Below the pieces are notes generated by a model, which was not told where the DNA came from, ran no database searches, and saw nothing but the letters and a program-made list of their open reading frames with translations. A program made the translations under genes and the position numbers. A stretch of 64,000 bases of DNA from the NCBI RefSeq assembly GCF_009914755.1, contig NC_060943.1; one strand, written 5' to 3'. This stretch comes from the human T2T-CHM13v2.0 reference genome, Homo sapiens. Of this stretch, positions 1-18,047 are shown one piece after another (position 1 is the first letter of the stretch; the number at the start of each line of letters is the position of its first letter).

Positions 1-235
1 GATTGTAGAGTAAGGATAGATTTTGTTATTTCTTGCAAACTGTCTGAGAAATCCTTTGAGAGTGTGTGGTAGTAGGCTAGTGAAGTGGACAAACCTGCTA
101 TTCTGATTCCTGTAGCAGTGGCCATTCCTAACCCTGTAAGTAGGGGTATTAGTTGTATGGCTCTGTGCTGATGGAGTTGAGCTTTGAGGGGCACTGATAG
201 GGTCTGATTTCCACAAGATTAGAAGTTAGGATAAT
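1..235 (-). pseudogene. env: env SU/TM junction and TM N-terminus
   Basis: HQHR/AIQLIPLLTGLGMATATGIRIAGLSTSLAYYHTLSKDFSDSLQEITKSILTLQ: fusion peptide plus heptad repeat; furin site decayed. Confidence 0.88.
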
Positions 236-299
236 ACATGTTACACTGTTGTTAACTTTTAGCAAACTTTACTTTTGTTGAAAACCTTGTAAGTCTGGG

Positions 300-790
300 A
301 TTTCAATTATTCTTTGCTATTAATAAGACCTCGTTCAGTCCATATTAACTTAGAATTGGTATAGATGGCTCCTTCCTGATTCTGTAAGTACTTTAAGGTT
401 TGGCTGAGTGCAAACAGCTCTCACGTTTGAGCAGACCAATTATTAGGCAATTTTAATACCCATTGTATCTTTTTCCCTTAATCACCGGAGAGGAACCATC
501 TATTGTCCTGTCCTGAAGGGAGTACCTTCTAGGTCTGGTCAGACCTTTGTATGGTAATTAGGATTTAGATCCCCTATTAGGAAACCTGCTGGGTTAAGGA
601 TTTTTGATAGGAAAGCTACAGGTTGTCAGTGGCCTCAGTGCTTTCAGGCTACGCCCCTGTTTACGCTGACAACAAGGTGGTATTGGAGTGTTACAGGGTC
701 ATGGAGAAGACCTCCAATTAACAATTGTAGGTTTTAAATTTACCCAGGCTTTTAAAGGCATAGGGTACACTGTTTTTTTCTTTACTACTT
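300..790 (-). pseudogene. Collapsed second pol fragment (RT N-terminus and RNase H pieces), HERV-I-like
   Basis: Manual translation gives YPMPLKAWVNLKP, PCNTP, DGSSPVIKGKRYNGY, KLPNNWSAQT*ELFALSQTLKYLQNQEGAIYTNSK and IWTERGLINSK. Confidence 0.7.
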
Positions 791-1140
791 CTATCTCTTT
801 CTTTCTCTCTTTCCTTCTCTCTTTGACTTTCTGTCTCTCTCTCTCTTTCTCTCTCTCTCTGACTCCCTCTTTGTCTCTGTCTCTTCCTCTCTTTCTCTCT
901 TTCCTTCTTTCTTTGACTTTCTGTCTTTCCCCTCTCTCTCTCTCTCTTTCTCTCTTTGACTTTCTGTCTCTCTCTTTCTGTCTCTCTCTGACTCCCTCTT
1001 TGTCTCTGTCTCTTCCTCTCTTTCTCTCTTTCCTTCTTTCTTTGACTTTCTGTCTTTCCCCTCTCTCTCTTTCTTTCTTTCTTTGACTTTCTGTCTCTCT
1101 CTCTTTCCTCTCTGCTGGTCTTTCCCTGCCTCTCCTTCCC
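790..1140 (+). repeat. TC-rich (AG-rich on the viral strand) expansion inside the provirus, with an internal ~130-bp duplication
   Basis: ctgactccctctttgtctctgtctcttcctctc... occurs at about 858 and 988. Confidence 0.9.
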
Positions 1141-1149
1141 CTTTTTGAT

Positions 1150-2949
1150 AGCTTCAGCAGTGTAAGACTGCCACCTCCTTGGGGTTTTTGCACTGCATGC
1201 AATAGCTCCATGATTTCCTTGTGGTATTTAATGGGGGTTCCCCCAGAGGTTAGGAACTCCTTTTCTTTCCATATTGCAGCATGGGCATGTAGGATTAGAT
1301 AAACATACTCGCTATCTGTATACACGTTCTTTTTCCCTTTCCCAGTTCTAAGGCTCAGATAAGTGCCACTAGTTCTGCTAACTGAGCGCTGGTCCTTGGG
1401 GGAAGAGGCTTACTTTCAAGTACTGTTACATAACTATGGCATAACCTGCCCTTCATATCCCATTCTCCACAAGTGAACTTCCATTGGTATATGGATTAAG
1501 GTCAGGATTAGCTAAGCGGACTTCTAAGAGATCCTCTCAGGCGGCCTAAGTCTGGACTATAATTTGTTGGCAGTCATGCTTGATTGGTTTCCCATCCTCT
1601 GGGAGAAAAGTGGCAGGATTGAGGGGTGCACACATGCGTATTTGAAGGACCATTCCCTCAAGTAACACCTGGTATCTAAGCAGGCGGTTGTCTAATAGCC
1701 ATAAACTTCCTTTGGCACCTAGTATGCCATTTACATCATGAGTAGTCTGGACAGTGAGATCCTTTCCTTATATTATTTTGATAGCTTCTGATACTAAGAT
1801 GGCCATCGCCGCAACTACCTGTAAGCAGTGAGGCCAGGCTTTTGCTACTACGTCAATTTCCTTAGGTACACCACTAGTTGTAGGGTTGTCTCACGAGTCT
1901 GAGTAATGACTCCAAGAGCTATTCCTGCTCTCTGTGTGACGTATAAAGAGAGGTTTGTTCCTGTGGGAAGGCTTAAGGCTGGAGCTTGTAGTAGGGCCTG
2001 CTTTAAGGTTTTGAAGGCTGTTTCTGCCTCTGGTTCCCATTCTACTAGATGAGTATTTGCCCTCTGGGTCTCCATTCTACTAGATGAGTATTTGCCCTCT
2101 GGGTCTCCTTAGAGTGTATCTCGCTGTATCTGGGGATCCATAGTCGGCAAAAGCCAGTGATTCCAAGGAACCCCCACAACTGTTTTAATGTCTTAGGGCG
2201 AGGATAAGCCAGTATAGGCTGTATTCATTCCTTGCTGAGGGCCCTGGTTCCTCTGGCCAAGATTAGGCCTAGATATTTGACTTGTAGGCAGAGCTGGGCC
2301 TTTGATTTAGACATCTTGTACCCTTGATTAGCTAGAAAATTCAAGAGATCGAGAGTAGTCTGCTGGCATGAGTCTTCCAAACTGGTAGCCAAAAGTAAAT
2401 CATCCACATATTGAAGGACCAGAGTGCCTGGACTTAAGAAGTGGCCTAGATCTTGGGCCAGTACCTGACCAAACAGATGAGGGCTATCCCTAAACCCTTG
2501 GGGCAAGACCTTCCATGTAAGTTGGGACCTGTGGTCTGTGGGATCCTCAAAAGCAAAGAGAAACTGGGAGTCAGAGTGCAGGGGAATACAGAAGAAGACA
2601 TCCTTGAGGTCCAGAACAGTGAACCATTCTGCTTCCTCTGGTATTCAAGAGAGCAGGGTATAGGGGTTGGGTACAACTGGATATAGAGGAATTACTGCCT
2701 CATTGATTAGTCTAAGATCTTGCACTAGCCTCCACTGACCATTTGGTTTTTGTACTCCTAGAATTGGGGTGTTGCAGGGACTACTGCATTTTCTTAGTAA
2801 GCCTTGAGCTTTTAAATGTCTAACAGTATCCTGTAATCCTTTATGAGCTTCAGGCCCTAAGGGATATTGCCTTTGATAAGGAAAATTGATGGGATCTTTT
2901 AGCCTGATTTGGATGGGGCGGGCATTTTTTGCCCTTCCAAATTGTCCTT
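1150..2949 (-). pseudogene. pol: HERV pol: reverse transcriptase, tether and RNase H, disrupted; no integrase seen
   Basis: NTPILGVQKPNGQWRLVQDLR, PQGFRDSPHLF, LQYVDDLLLA, YTDSEY..HAHAAIWKE; frameshifts including a 35-bp duplication. Confidence 0.9.
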
Positions 2950-3346
2950 CCAATGCCCAGACTTCAGGGTTGATTCCCTCCTCAAGTAGGGGACAACAAA
3001 TGGGTAATTTGTTCCCCATATTCAAGTAAATAATAGCTCCAGCTTTGGCTAATATGTCCCTCCCTAATAAGGGTGTGGGACTTTCAGGCATAACAAGAAA
3101 GGCATGTGAATAGAGCAAAGTCTCCCAATTACAACTGAGGAGGTGGGAGAAATACCTGGTTACAGGCTGTCCCAGGATTCCTCGGATGGTAATGGACCTT
3201 GAGGACAGCTGTCTGGGGCAGGAGATTAACACTGAGAAGGCTGCACCAGTATCCAGGAGGAAGTCAATTTCCTGGCCCTCATTGGTTAATCATACCCGGG
3301 GCTCAGTGAGAGTGATGACATGAGCTGGCGCTTGCCCCAGGCACCC
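2950..3346 (-). pseudogene. pro: HERV protease
   Basis: FLLDTGA active site at about 3243-3263; PTPLLGRDIL C-terminal motif. Confidence 0.85.
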
Positions 3347-4805
3347 TCAATCCTGTTGTTGGATCATCTGGTTGGGGGCTTCTGGCCCACAGAGCCTTTG
3401 CCCTCTGGGGCAGTGCACCTTCCAGTGATTGCCTCAGCATAGTGGACATGGGCTAGGGGGCAGCTTGTTTCTCATTGGACAATCTTTTTTAAAGTGTCCT
3501 TGCAAACCACACTGATAACAAGCCCTACTAGGTGATTGGCCTGTTCCATTTTCTGTCCTCTCTGAACCACCAAGGTTTGTTTGTCTGAGGGCCATGACTA
3601 AGGCTGTGGCCTTCCTCTGATCTCGCTTTTCCTTTTCGGCCTGTTTCTCTTGGTCCCTATTATAGAACACCGAGGTTGCCCGGTTTAACAATGCATCCAG
3701 ATTTTGTTCAGGGCCCAGGGCTCACTTTTGGAGCTTTCTCCTGATATCTTCACTGATTGGGTAATAAAGTTATGTTTGAGGATCAGTTGACCCTCGAGAG
3801 AGTCAGGTGACAGGGGAGTATATTTTCTTAAGGCCTCCTATAGCCACTCGAGGAAGGCGGTAGGATTTTCTTCCTTTCCCTGAGTTGTGGTGGACATCAT
3901 TGAATAATTCATGGGGTTTTTCCTAATTCTCCTTAGTCCTTCTAGAACACAGGTCAACAGATGTTTGCGACTCCAGTCCCCATGATCTGAGTCGAGGTCC
4001 CAGTGGGGATCCATACTGGGGATGGCTTGCTGACCAGTAGGGAATTTGTCCCTTTCTTCAGCTGTCATCCTATCATTTACTTGATTAAGATAAAAGGTAT
4101 CTCCAAACTCTTGGGCTGCAGCTAAAGCTCCATTCTTTTCATTAAAGACCAGGGTTTGATCTAACAATAGCATGACATCTCTCCAAGTGAGGTCAAAGGT
4201 TTGCCCTAGACCCTATAGGACATCTGTATACCTATCAGGATCATCTGAAAACTTCCCCAGGTCTACCTTGATCTGCTTTAAATCGAGAGGGAGAAGGGAC
4301 ATGTACCCAGATTGGGCCAAAATCCCTACCCCTATAGCTTGAAGGGGACATAAATGATAGCCCAGGGGGTTTTGTGGTCCCTTGGAGATTTCTTTGCTTG
4401 TTTCCTTCTGGGTGGGGGAGATTAGACGAGGCTTATCCTTAATAGGAATGGGAGCTGTAGGAAGGCTAGGATATAGAGGTAAGCTGAGAGCTCCTCCTGT
4501 GGGATGTAAATTGCAAGCTTTGCATAGTTGTGGATTCTCCTTCAATGAAAAGAAAGCTTGGACATAAGGTATTTCACTCCATTTGCCTTCCCTCTTACAG
4601 AAAAAGTCAAGCTGCATGATAGTATTGTAATTTATACTTCCTTCAGGTGGCCATTTTTCCCCATCAGAGAGAGAATATTGGGGCAAGGCCATAGTGCAGA
4701 AAAAAAAATGAGCCACCTCTTTTTCAGGGTTTCTGGGTCAAATTGGTCCCAGTGGCTTAGGATGCATTTCAAGGTTGAGCCTGTTGATGCCTGAGTGTTT
4801 CCCAT
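3347..4805 (-). pseudogene. gag: HERV gag (MA-CA-NC), disrupted
   Basis: Start [24 protein letters not shown] at 4805; MHR-like QGKEENPTAFLE; CYQCGLQGHFKKDC zinc knuckle; split over several ORFs; TGA at 3347-3349. Confidence 0.9.
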
Positions 4806-5931
4806 GTGAAAGAAAAACTGCTCGCAGTTTTGGTTTGTTTTCCCCCCTCCCCCACCCAAGAACCTGCAACAGTCCCTGGACCCTGCTGATCGTAATAGTT
4901 GCGCTCACCGAAGCAGCAGCAGAAACACTAGTTTTCCTCCTAGACCACAAAGAGGACTGAGGAAGGTCAGATTTAGTGGCCCTTACTGATGCATTCTCGG
5001 AAACATGCATCCTTGCCTTTCCTCTTAGACCACAAAGAAGACTGAGAAAAAACAGATTTAGTGGCCCTTACCAACACATTCTCGAAGACCTGTTAGAGTC
5101 CTAAGCATTTTCTCCTGTTAGTATTGGGACCTTACCCTTGTTCTATAAAGATGTTATGTCTCAAAATGGAGTGAAGGGCCATACCCTGAGGGAGGGAAGG
5201 GATCTCTAGAGTGATGCCTTTTGTCCTCACTTCTCATCATGTGAATAGGAAGGATATCATTTCTGAGGCTCCCCATATCCTAGCTTTGGGAATAGCCTTT
5301 GTTAGGCCTGCTAGTCTGAGGAGGGATCCTAAAATTCCAGATAGTCTCCCCACTGACAGGGCTTTGGGCAAAGATTGTCTTTCTGATTGGTGAGCCCAGA
5401 TGCCTAAAGAAAGGAACAGAGTCCTGAAATGTATACTAGAAGTCGTTCTTATAGGAGAAACTAGAAAAGCACCAGAGACAGGGAGTGGTTTTTAGAAACA
5501 GGACTAGCCTCGGAGAGGAGAGGTGGGAGGAAGTATGTCTGACAGGCATTAGGACCCAGGAGGCAAGGGTCAGGATAGATAGGATAAATGGGCAAGTCTC
5601 GCTTGGGTGACGTGACTTTGAGAGTTCCGCTCATGGCTGCAGGGTCAACCAACTTTTTGTCAGGGCCCTGGAGCTAAATGGCTTTCCTCTCTGTTGACAC
5701 TTGGCTCAGTCCGGAAGTACAGGAAAAGTGGAAGCTGGTTCCAGGCAAACCAACGCTCCCAACTCCAAAGAGTTGGGGGTTGTTAGAGAGCCCTTTCCCA
5801 GAAAGCCCGACACCAGTGTCTTTAGTCTGGTGGCCACGCTAGTTGCTTTTAACTGGCCGACAAGTGCCCGGTGTTTAGCCCCTGAATTCTAAGGAAAAAT
5901 AGGACAGAATAGCAAGCAAAATGGGTCCGAT

Positions 5932-5943
5932 GGTACTCACCAA
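5932..5943 (-). promoter_or_regulatory. Likely proviral major splice donor
   Basis: TTG|GTGAGTAC directly downstream of the PBS. Confidence 0.55.
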
Positions 5944-5951
5944 AAGGCGAT

Positions 5952-5969
5952 ATCCCAGACAAGCCCCCA
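5952..5969 (-). other. Primer binding site, tRNA-Pro type
   Basis: TGGGGGCTTGTCTGGGAT 3 nt after the LTR end; 16/18 to the Pro PBS TGGGGGCTCGTCCGGGAT, both mismatches CpG>TpG. Confidence 0.85.
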
Positions 5970-5972
5970 AGA

Positions 5973-6360
5973 TGTGTCCAGAGTTGGTTCCTTCCAGTGG
6001 GTTCGTGGTCTCGCTGACTTCAAGAATGAAGCCGCGGACCTTCGTGGTGAGTGTTACAGCTCTTAAAGGTGGCACGGACCCAAAGAGTGAGCAGCAGCAA
6101 GATTTATTATGAAGACCAAAAGAACAAAGCTTCCACAGCGTGGAAGGGGACCCGAGCGGGTTGCTGCTGCTGGCTGGGGCGGCCAGCTTTTATTCCCTTA
6201 TTTGTCCCTGCCCATGTCCTGCTGATTGGTCCATTTTACAGAGTGCTGATTGGTCCATTTTACAGAGCACTGATTGGTGCATTTTACAAACCTCTTGTAA
6301 GACAGAAAAGTTCTCCAAGTCCCCGCTCGACCCAGGAAGTCCAGTTGGCCTCACCTCTCA
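5973..6360 (-). mobile_element. 5' LTR, short LTR12 subtype (LTR12F-like), 388 bp
   Basis: Minus strand begins TGAGAGGTGAGGCCAACTGG and ends ...AACCAACTCTGGACACA (TG...CA); LTR12-type CCAAT tandem repeats; AATAAA boxes near 6190 and 6105; subtype from recalled consensus. Confidence 0.85.
6221..6290 (-). promoter_or_regulatory. Three 24-bp CCAAT-box (NF-Y) repeats in LTR U3
   Basis: (g/a)ctgattggt(c/g)cattttaca units at 6221, 6245 and 6269; CCAAT on the minus strand, typical of LTR12 promoters. Confidence 0.8.
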
Positions 6361-6544
6361 GTCTTATCAATTCTGCCAGCTGCTACTGAGCCCTTGCACT
6401 GTGCTAGTTTTTCCCAAGCCCACACACACACTGGGGAGCCAGACACTGAGGATACAGCAAGTTCTTGCCCCACAAAGCCCATGCCCTTTAGAGGAGACAG
6501 ATGCCAGCATCAACATTACCAGGTGTTAAGAAAGTACCTGGGAA

Positions 6545-7415
6545 TAGTCTGAGTCCTTCAAAAAGTTAAACACAGACCAGGCTTGGTGGCTCATGCCTAT
6601 AATCCCAGCACTTTAGGAGTCCGAGGCGGGTGGATCACCTGAGGTCAGGAGTTCATGACCAGCCTGGCCAACATGGTAAAACTCCATCTCTACTAAAAAT
6701 ACAAAAATTAGCTGGGGGTGGTGGTGAGCTCCTGTTATCCCAGCTACTCGGGAGGCTGAGGCAGGAGAATCAATTGAACCCAGGAGGGTTGCAGTGAGCT
6801 GAGACCGCACCATTGCACTCCAGCCTGGGCGACAAGAGTGAAACTCCATTTCAAATAAAAAGTTAAACACAGAGTCACTGTATGACCCAGGAATCTGACT
6901 TCCAGGATACACCAAAAGAATTGGAAGCAGAGACTCAGATGTTTGCACACCATGGTCATAGCAACATGATTCACAGTGGCCAAAAGGTGGAAACAATCCA
7001 AGTGTCTGTTGTTTGATGGATGGGTAAACACAATGTGATCCATCCATACAATGGAATATCACTCAGCCATTAAAAGGAATGGGGGTCTGACACAGGCTAC
7101 AGTAGTGTGGATGAACCTTGGCATCATGCTCAGTGAAAGAAGCCAGACACAAAAGGCCACACAGTGTGTGATCCCATATCTATGAAATGTCCAGGACAGG
7201 TCAATCTACAGAGACAGGAAGGGCATTGTAGGTTGCCAGCAGCTGGGGCCAGGGGAATGAGGAGTGGCTATTTAATGGGCATAGGGTCTTCTTTGGGGGT
7301 ATTTGGGAATTAAAGAGAATTGGTGACTGCACAGCACTGAGTGTGTCAAATGTCACTGAATTGTTCACTTTCAAATGGCTAACTTTATGTGAATCTCACC
7401 TCAATGAAAAAGAAA
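6545..7415 (+). mobile_element. Old L1M (L1MB/ME-type) 3' end fragment interrupted by an Alu
   Basis: catccatacaatggaatatcactcagccattaaaaggaat, gaaagaagccagacacaaaaggcc and other L1 ORF2-end/3'UTR motifs. Confidence 0.75.
6575..6860 (+). mobile_element. Alu (S-type) with target-site duplication
   Basis: Dimeric Alu; aaaaagttaaacacaga on both sides. Confidence 0.9.
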
Positions 7416-7489
7416 TACGGGAAGGATAGACAAGAAACTAAGGATGTTGGTTACCTACAGGGGCAGGTGGGAAATTATTTAAAAGAATT

Positions 7490-8214
<725 letters not shown>

Positions 8215-8629
8215 TTATACACACTTTAAAAGATAACTGATTAAAATCAAGGATATGATGTGTACTCCAAATGGAAAACAAATAGTAAAATATAAACTCA
8301 GCTGCACCACAAATGAAAATCAACCACACTGAAGAGCCAGGGGAAGAATGGAGTTGATCTCAGTAAATTTGGGAAACAATGTTTCCACTGGATACTGTTA
8401 GGCTAAAAATGAAAATACCTATACACCAACACTATACTCTAGTTCAAAAATCTAGTTCTCATGGCTTAGCCATCTGTACCTACTATATGTGAATATTGCA
8501 ATTGAGCAAATGAGTGAATTAATTGTAGATGAGCTAGGTTTCTCTCTGTCAGCGAAAAAAGTTACGTCAAGGGTAAAGGAAGCGGCTAGAATGAACATTG
8601 TGCTGGTTGGAATCAGAAGTGTCAGTATA

Positions 8630-8993
<364 letters not shown>

Positions 8994-9049
8994 TCAGTAC
9001 ATATAGATGCAGAAATAAATATGTAAGTATATATATTTATATTATGAAT

Positions 9050-9797
9050 ACAGGTGAAAGGGCTCAAACTTGTAATCCCAGCTATTTGGGAGACCAGGGT
9101 GGCTTGGGGAGAATCGCTTGAGGCTAGGAGTTCAAGACCAGCCTGGACAACATAGCACAGCCCCATCCCTACAAAAAGAAAAATGTTAAGAAGAAATAAA
9201 TAAAGATGTGTGTACACATGGCTAATCTGATACCCCAATAGCAGTGAGCATACTAGCACCCCGATCTAAATACCATTCTCCAATAAAAGGAACCAGGGGA
9301 GGAATCACTGATTTTATGACTGGGACAGAGAAAACACAAGACAAGGTACAGGCACATACCGCTGTGCCCAGCTAATTTTTTATTTTTTTTGTAGAGATAG
9401 GGGTCTCACTTTGTCGCCCAGGCTGGTCTTAAAGTCCTGGGCTCAAGCGATCCTCCCGCCTTGGCCTCCCAAAGTTGGCCATACCCAGCCTACATGAATG
9501 ATTCGATGGGGGTCTGGGCTCGGTGACTCATGCCTGTAATCCCAGCACTGTGGGAGGCTGAGGTGGGCAGATCACCTGAGGTCAGGAGTTCGAAACCAGC
9601 CTGGCCAACATCGCAAAAACCCATCTCTACTAAAAATACAAAAATTAGCTGGGCGTGGTGGTGGGCACCTGTAATCCAAGCTACTCGGGAGGCTGAGGCA
9701 GGAGAATCACATGAACCCAGGAGGTGAGCCGAGATCATGCCACTACACTCTAGCCTGAGCAATACAGCAAGACTCCATCTCAACAACAAAAAAAAAA

Positions 9798-9828
<31 letters not shown>

Positions 9829-9830
9829 AA
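9050..9830. mobile_element. Alu monomer/partials plus one Alu with A/(GA)n tail
   Basis: Alu motifs at about 9050-9190 (+), 9345-9480 (-) and 9512-9830 (+). Confidence 0.8.
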
Positions 9831-10125
9831 GAAAAACAGAAAACACAAGATAAACCTGAAGCATCTTGTGTTCCCAGAAAATAAGGAAATGCTCAAAAAA
9901 GGGTATAGATATATAGAAAGGACACCAGACCCAACCGAAGCAGCTCCCAGTGGCTGAAGCTGAAACAATTTGAACAATAAAATTAGTGACAGTGTGGGAT
10001 TATCACCTAGAGAATAAAATAAATATCCAAACTGCTATAAGTAATTGAATAAATACCTAAATGGAGGGAGAAGGGACAGATCTTCCTTACAGATGAGTCA
10101 CATTACACGTAAGAGGGAGAAGTAA

Positions 10126-10461
10126 TGGCTTAGTCCCTTTGTGCCACTACAAGAGAATATCATGGACTGGGTAATTTACAAAGATCATAGATTTATTTCT
10201 CGTGGTTCTGGAGGCTGGAAAGTCCAAGATCAAGGCTCCAGCCTCTGGTGAAGGCTGCTCTCAGCTTCCAGAATGATGTCTTGAATGCCACCTTCTCACA
10301 TGTCAGAAGGCAGGATGGGAAAGGAGTCAAAATCTCCAGGAAGCCTTTTATAATGGCACGAATCCTAAACACCTCCCCCAAAGGCCCCATCTCCCAACAC
10401 TGTTGCATTGGAGAATCAGTTTCCAACACATGACTTTGGGGGGACCCATTCAGACCATAGC
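10126..10461 (-). mobile_element. MaLR LTR (MST/MLT1A-like)
   Basis: ttctggaggctggaaagtccaagatcaagg ... cattcagaccatagca. Confidence 0.75.
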
Positions 10462-10771
10462 AAAGAGAAAGGAGTTTACATTCAGTCACTCAGAAAACAC
10501 CTTCACTTTCCTGGTGTTATCCCAGGAGCTTGGGCCACACTGGGCAAATATGGGGAAAAAAAAGAAAAATCCCTGCCCACAGCAGCTCACAGCCCCTCGG
10601 GGAGACGGATGAGATAAATAACCAAATTGGGGAGCAGGTTAGAAGGTTGTACATGCTATGCGATAAAAGAAGAAGGAAGAAGAAGGAGGAGGAGAGAAAG
10701 GAGGAGGAGGAAAGAAGAAAAAGAAGGAAAAAGAAGAAAGAAGAAAACTAACGGTGATGGGAACAACTGTA

Positions 10772-10824
10772 TTAGGTTGGTGCAAAAGTCATTGCAGCAC
10801 ACAATGACTTTTGCACTAAGCTAA
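10772..10824. mobile_element. Internally deleted MADE1 (Hsmar1 MITE) hairpin
   Basis: ttaggttggtgcaaaagt...acttttgcactaagctaa terminal inverted repeats. Confidence 0.8.
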
Positions 10825-10839
10825 ATATATAGGTTGTTC

Positions 10840-11335
10840 AGGGTCCCACTGAGAAGGTGACATTTGAGCAGAGACCTGAAGGGAGAGAGTGAGTCAAGTG
10901 TATATTTGGAGGACGAGAGCTCCAGGCAGAGTGCACAGCCCATGCAAAGGTCCTGGGGCAGGACTGTGCCTGGCGTGCTGGAGGAACAGTGAGGAGGGCC
11001 CTGTGGCTGCAGCAGAGTGAGCCAGGGGAAGAGAGGAAGGAGGGGAGGGCAGCAAGGTGATGAACATGTCATGCAAGGCCTTGTGGACCTTAGGCTGTGA
11101 CCCTGAGGAAGGTGGGAGCCATGGAGGGCTGTGGGCAGAGGAGGGACAGGACCTGACTCAGGTGCTCACAGGCGCCCTCTACTGGCTGCTGCAGGGAGGA
11201 CAGGCTGTGGGTTGGTGGCGGTGGGGCAGTGAGGACGGGAACAGGTGGACCAGTGCAGAGAGGACTGGGCTGGTGCAGGGTGGAGGCAGAGGAGAAGAAG
11301 AGAAAGCAAACAAAAGGAGATGTAAAAGAAGCTGA
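10840..11335 (-). mobile_element. L2 fragment
   Basis: gaggtgacatttgagcagagacctgaa-like start, tgcaaaggtcctggggcagg, ggagccatggagggc. Confidence 0.65.
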
Positions 11336-11342
11336 GAAGGCT

Positions 11343-17931
<6,589 letters not shown>

Positions 17932-17945
<14 letters not shown>

Positions 17946-18047
17946 AAGAAATAGAGAGGAAAGAAAGAAAGAAAGAAAGGAAAGAAGAAAGAAAGAAAGA
18001 AAAAGAGAAAGAGAAAGAAAGAGAGAGAAAGAAAAGAAAAGAAAAGA
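17932..18047 (+). repeat. (GAAA)n-type simple repeat grown from an Alu tail
   Basis: Direct reading. Confidence 0.85.

Larger units (their letters stand above)
1..6360 (-). mobile_element. Defective HERV9-family (class I, LTR12-associated) provirus, 5' LTR through env TM start; 3' end lies beyond the left edge
   Basis: Ordered LTR-PBS-gag-pro-RT-RNaseH-env on the minus strand; gammaretroviral motifs (CCHC knuckle, LLDTGA, LPQG/YVDD); many stops and frameshifts. Confidence 0.93.

Noticed and set aside
688-1086. Hydrophobic L/S/F-rich ORF resembling a membrane protein
   Set aside because: Artefact of the TC-rich repeat
2225-4859. Coding-competent HERV Gag/Pol
   Set aside because: Multiple stops and frameshifts; integrase absent
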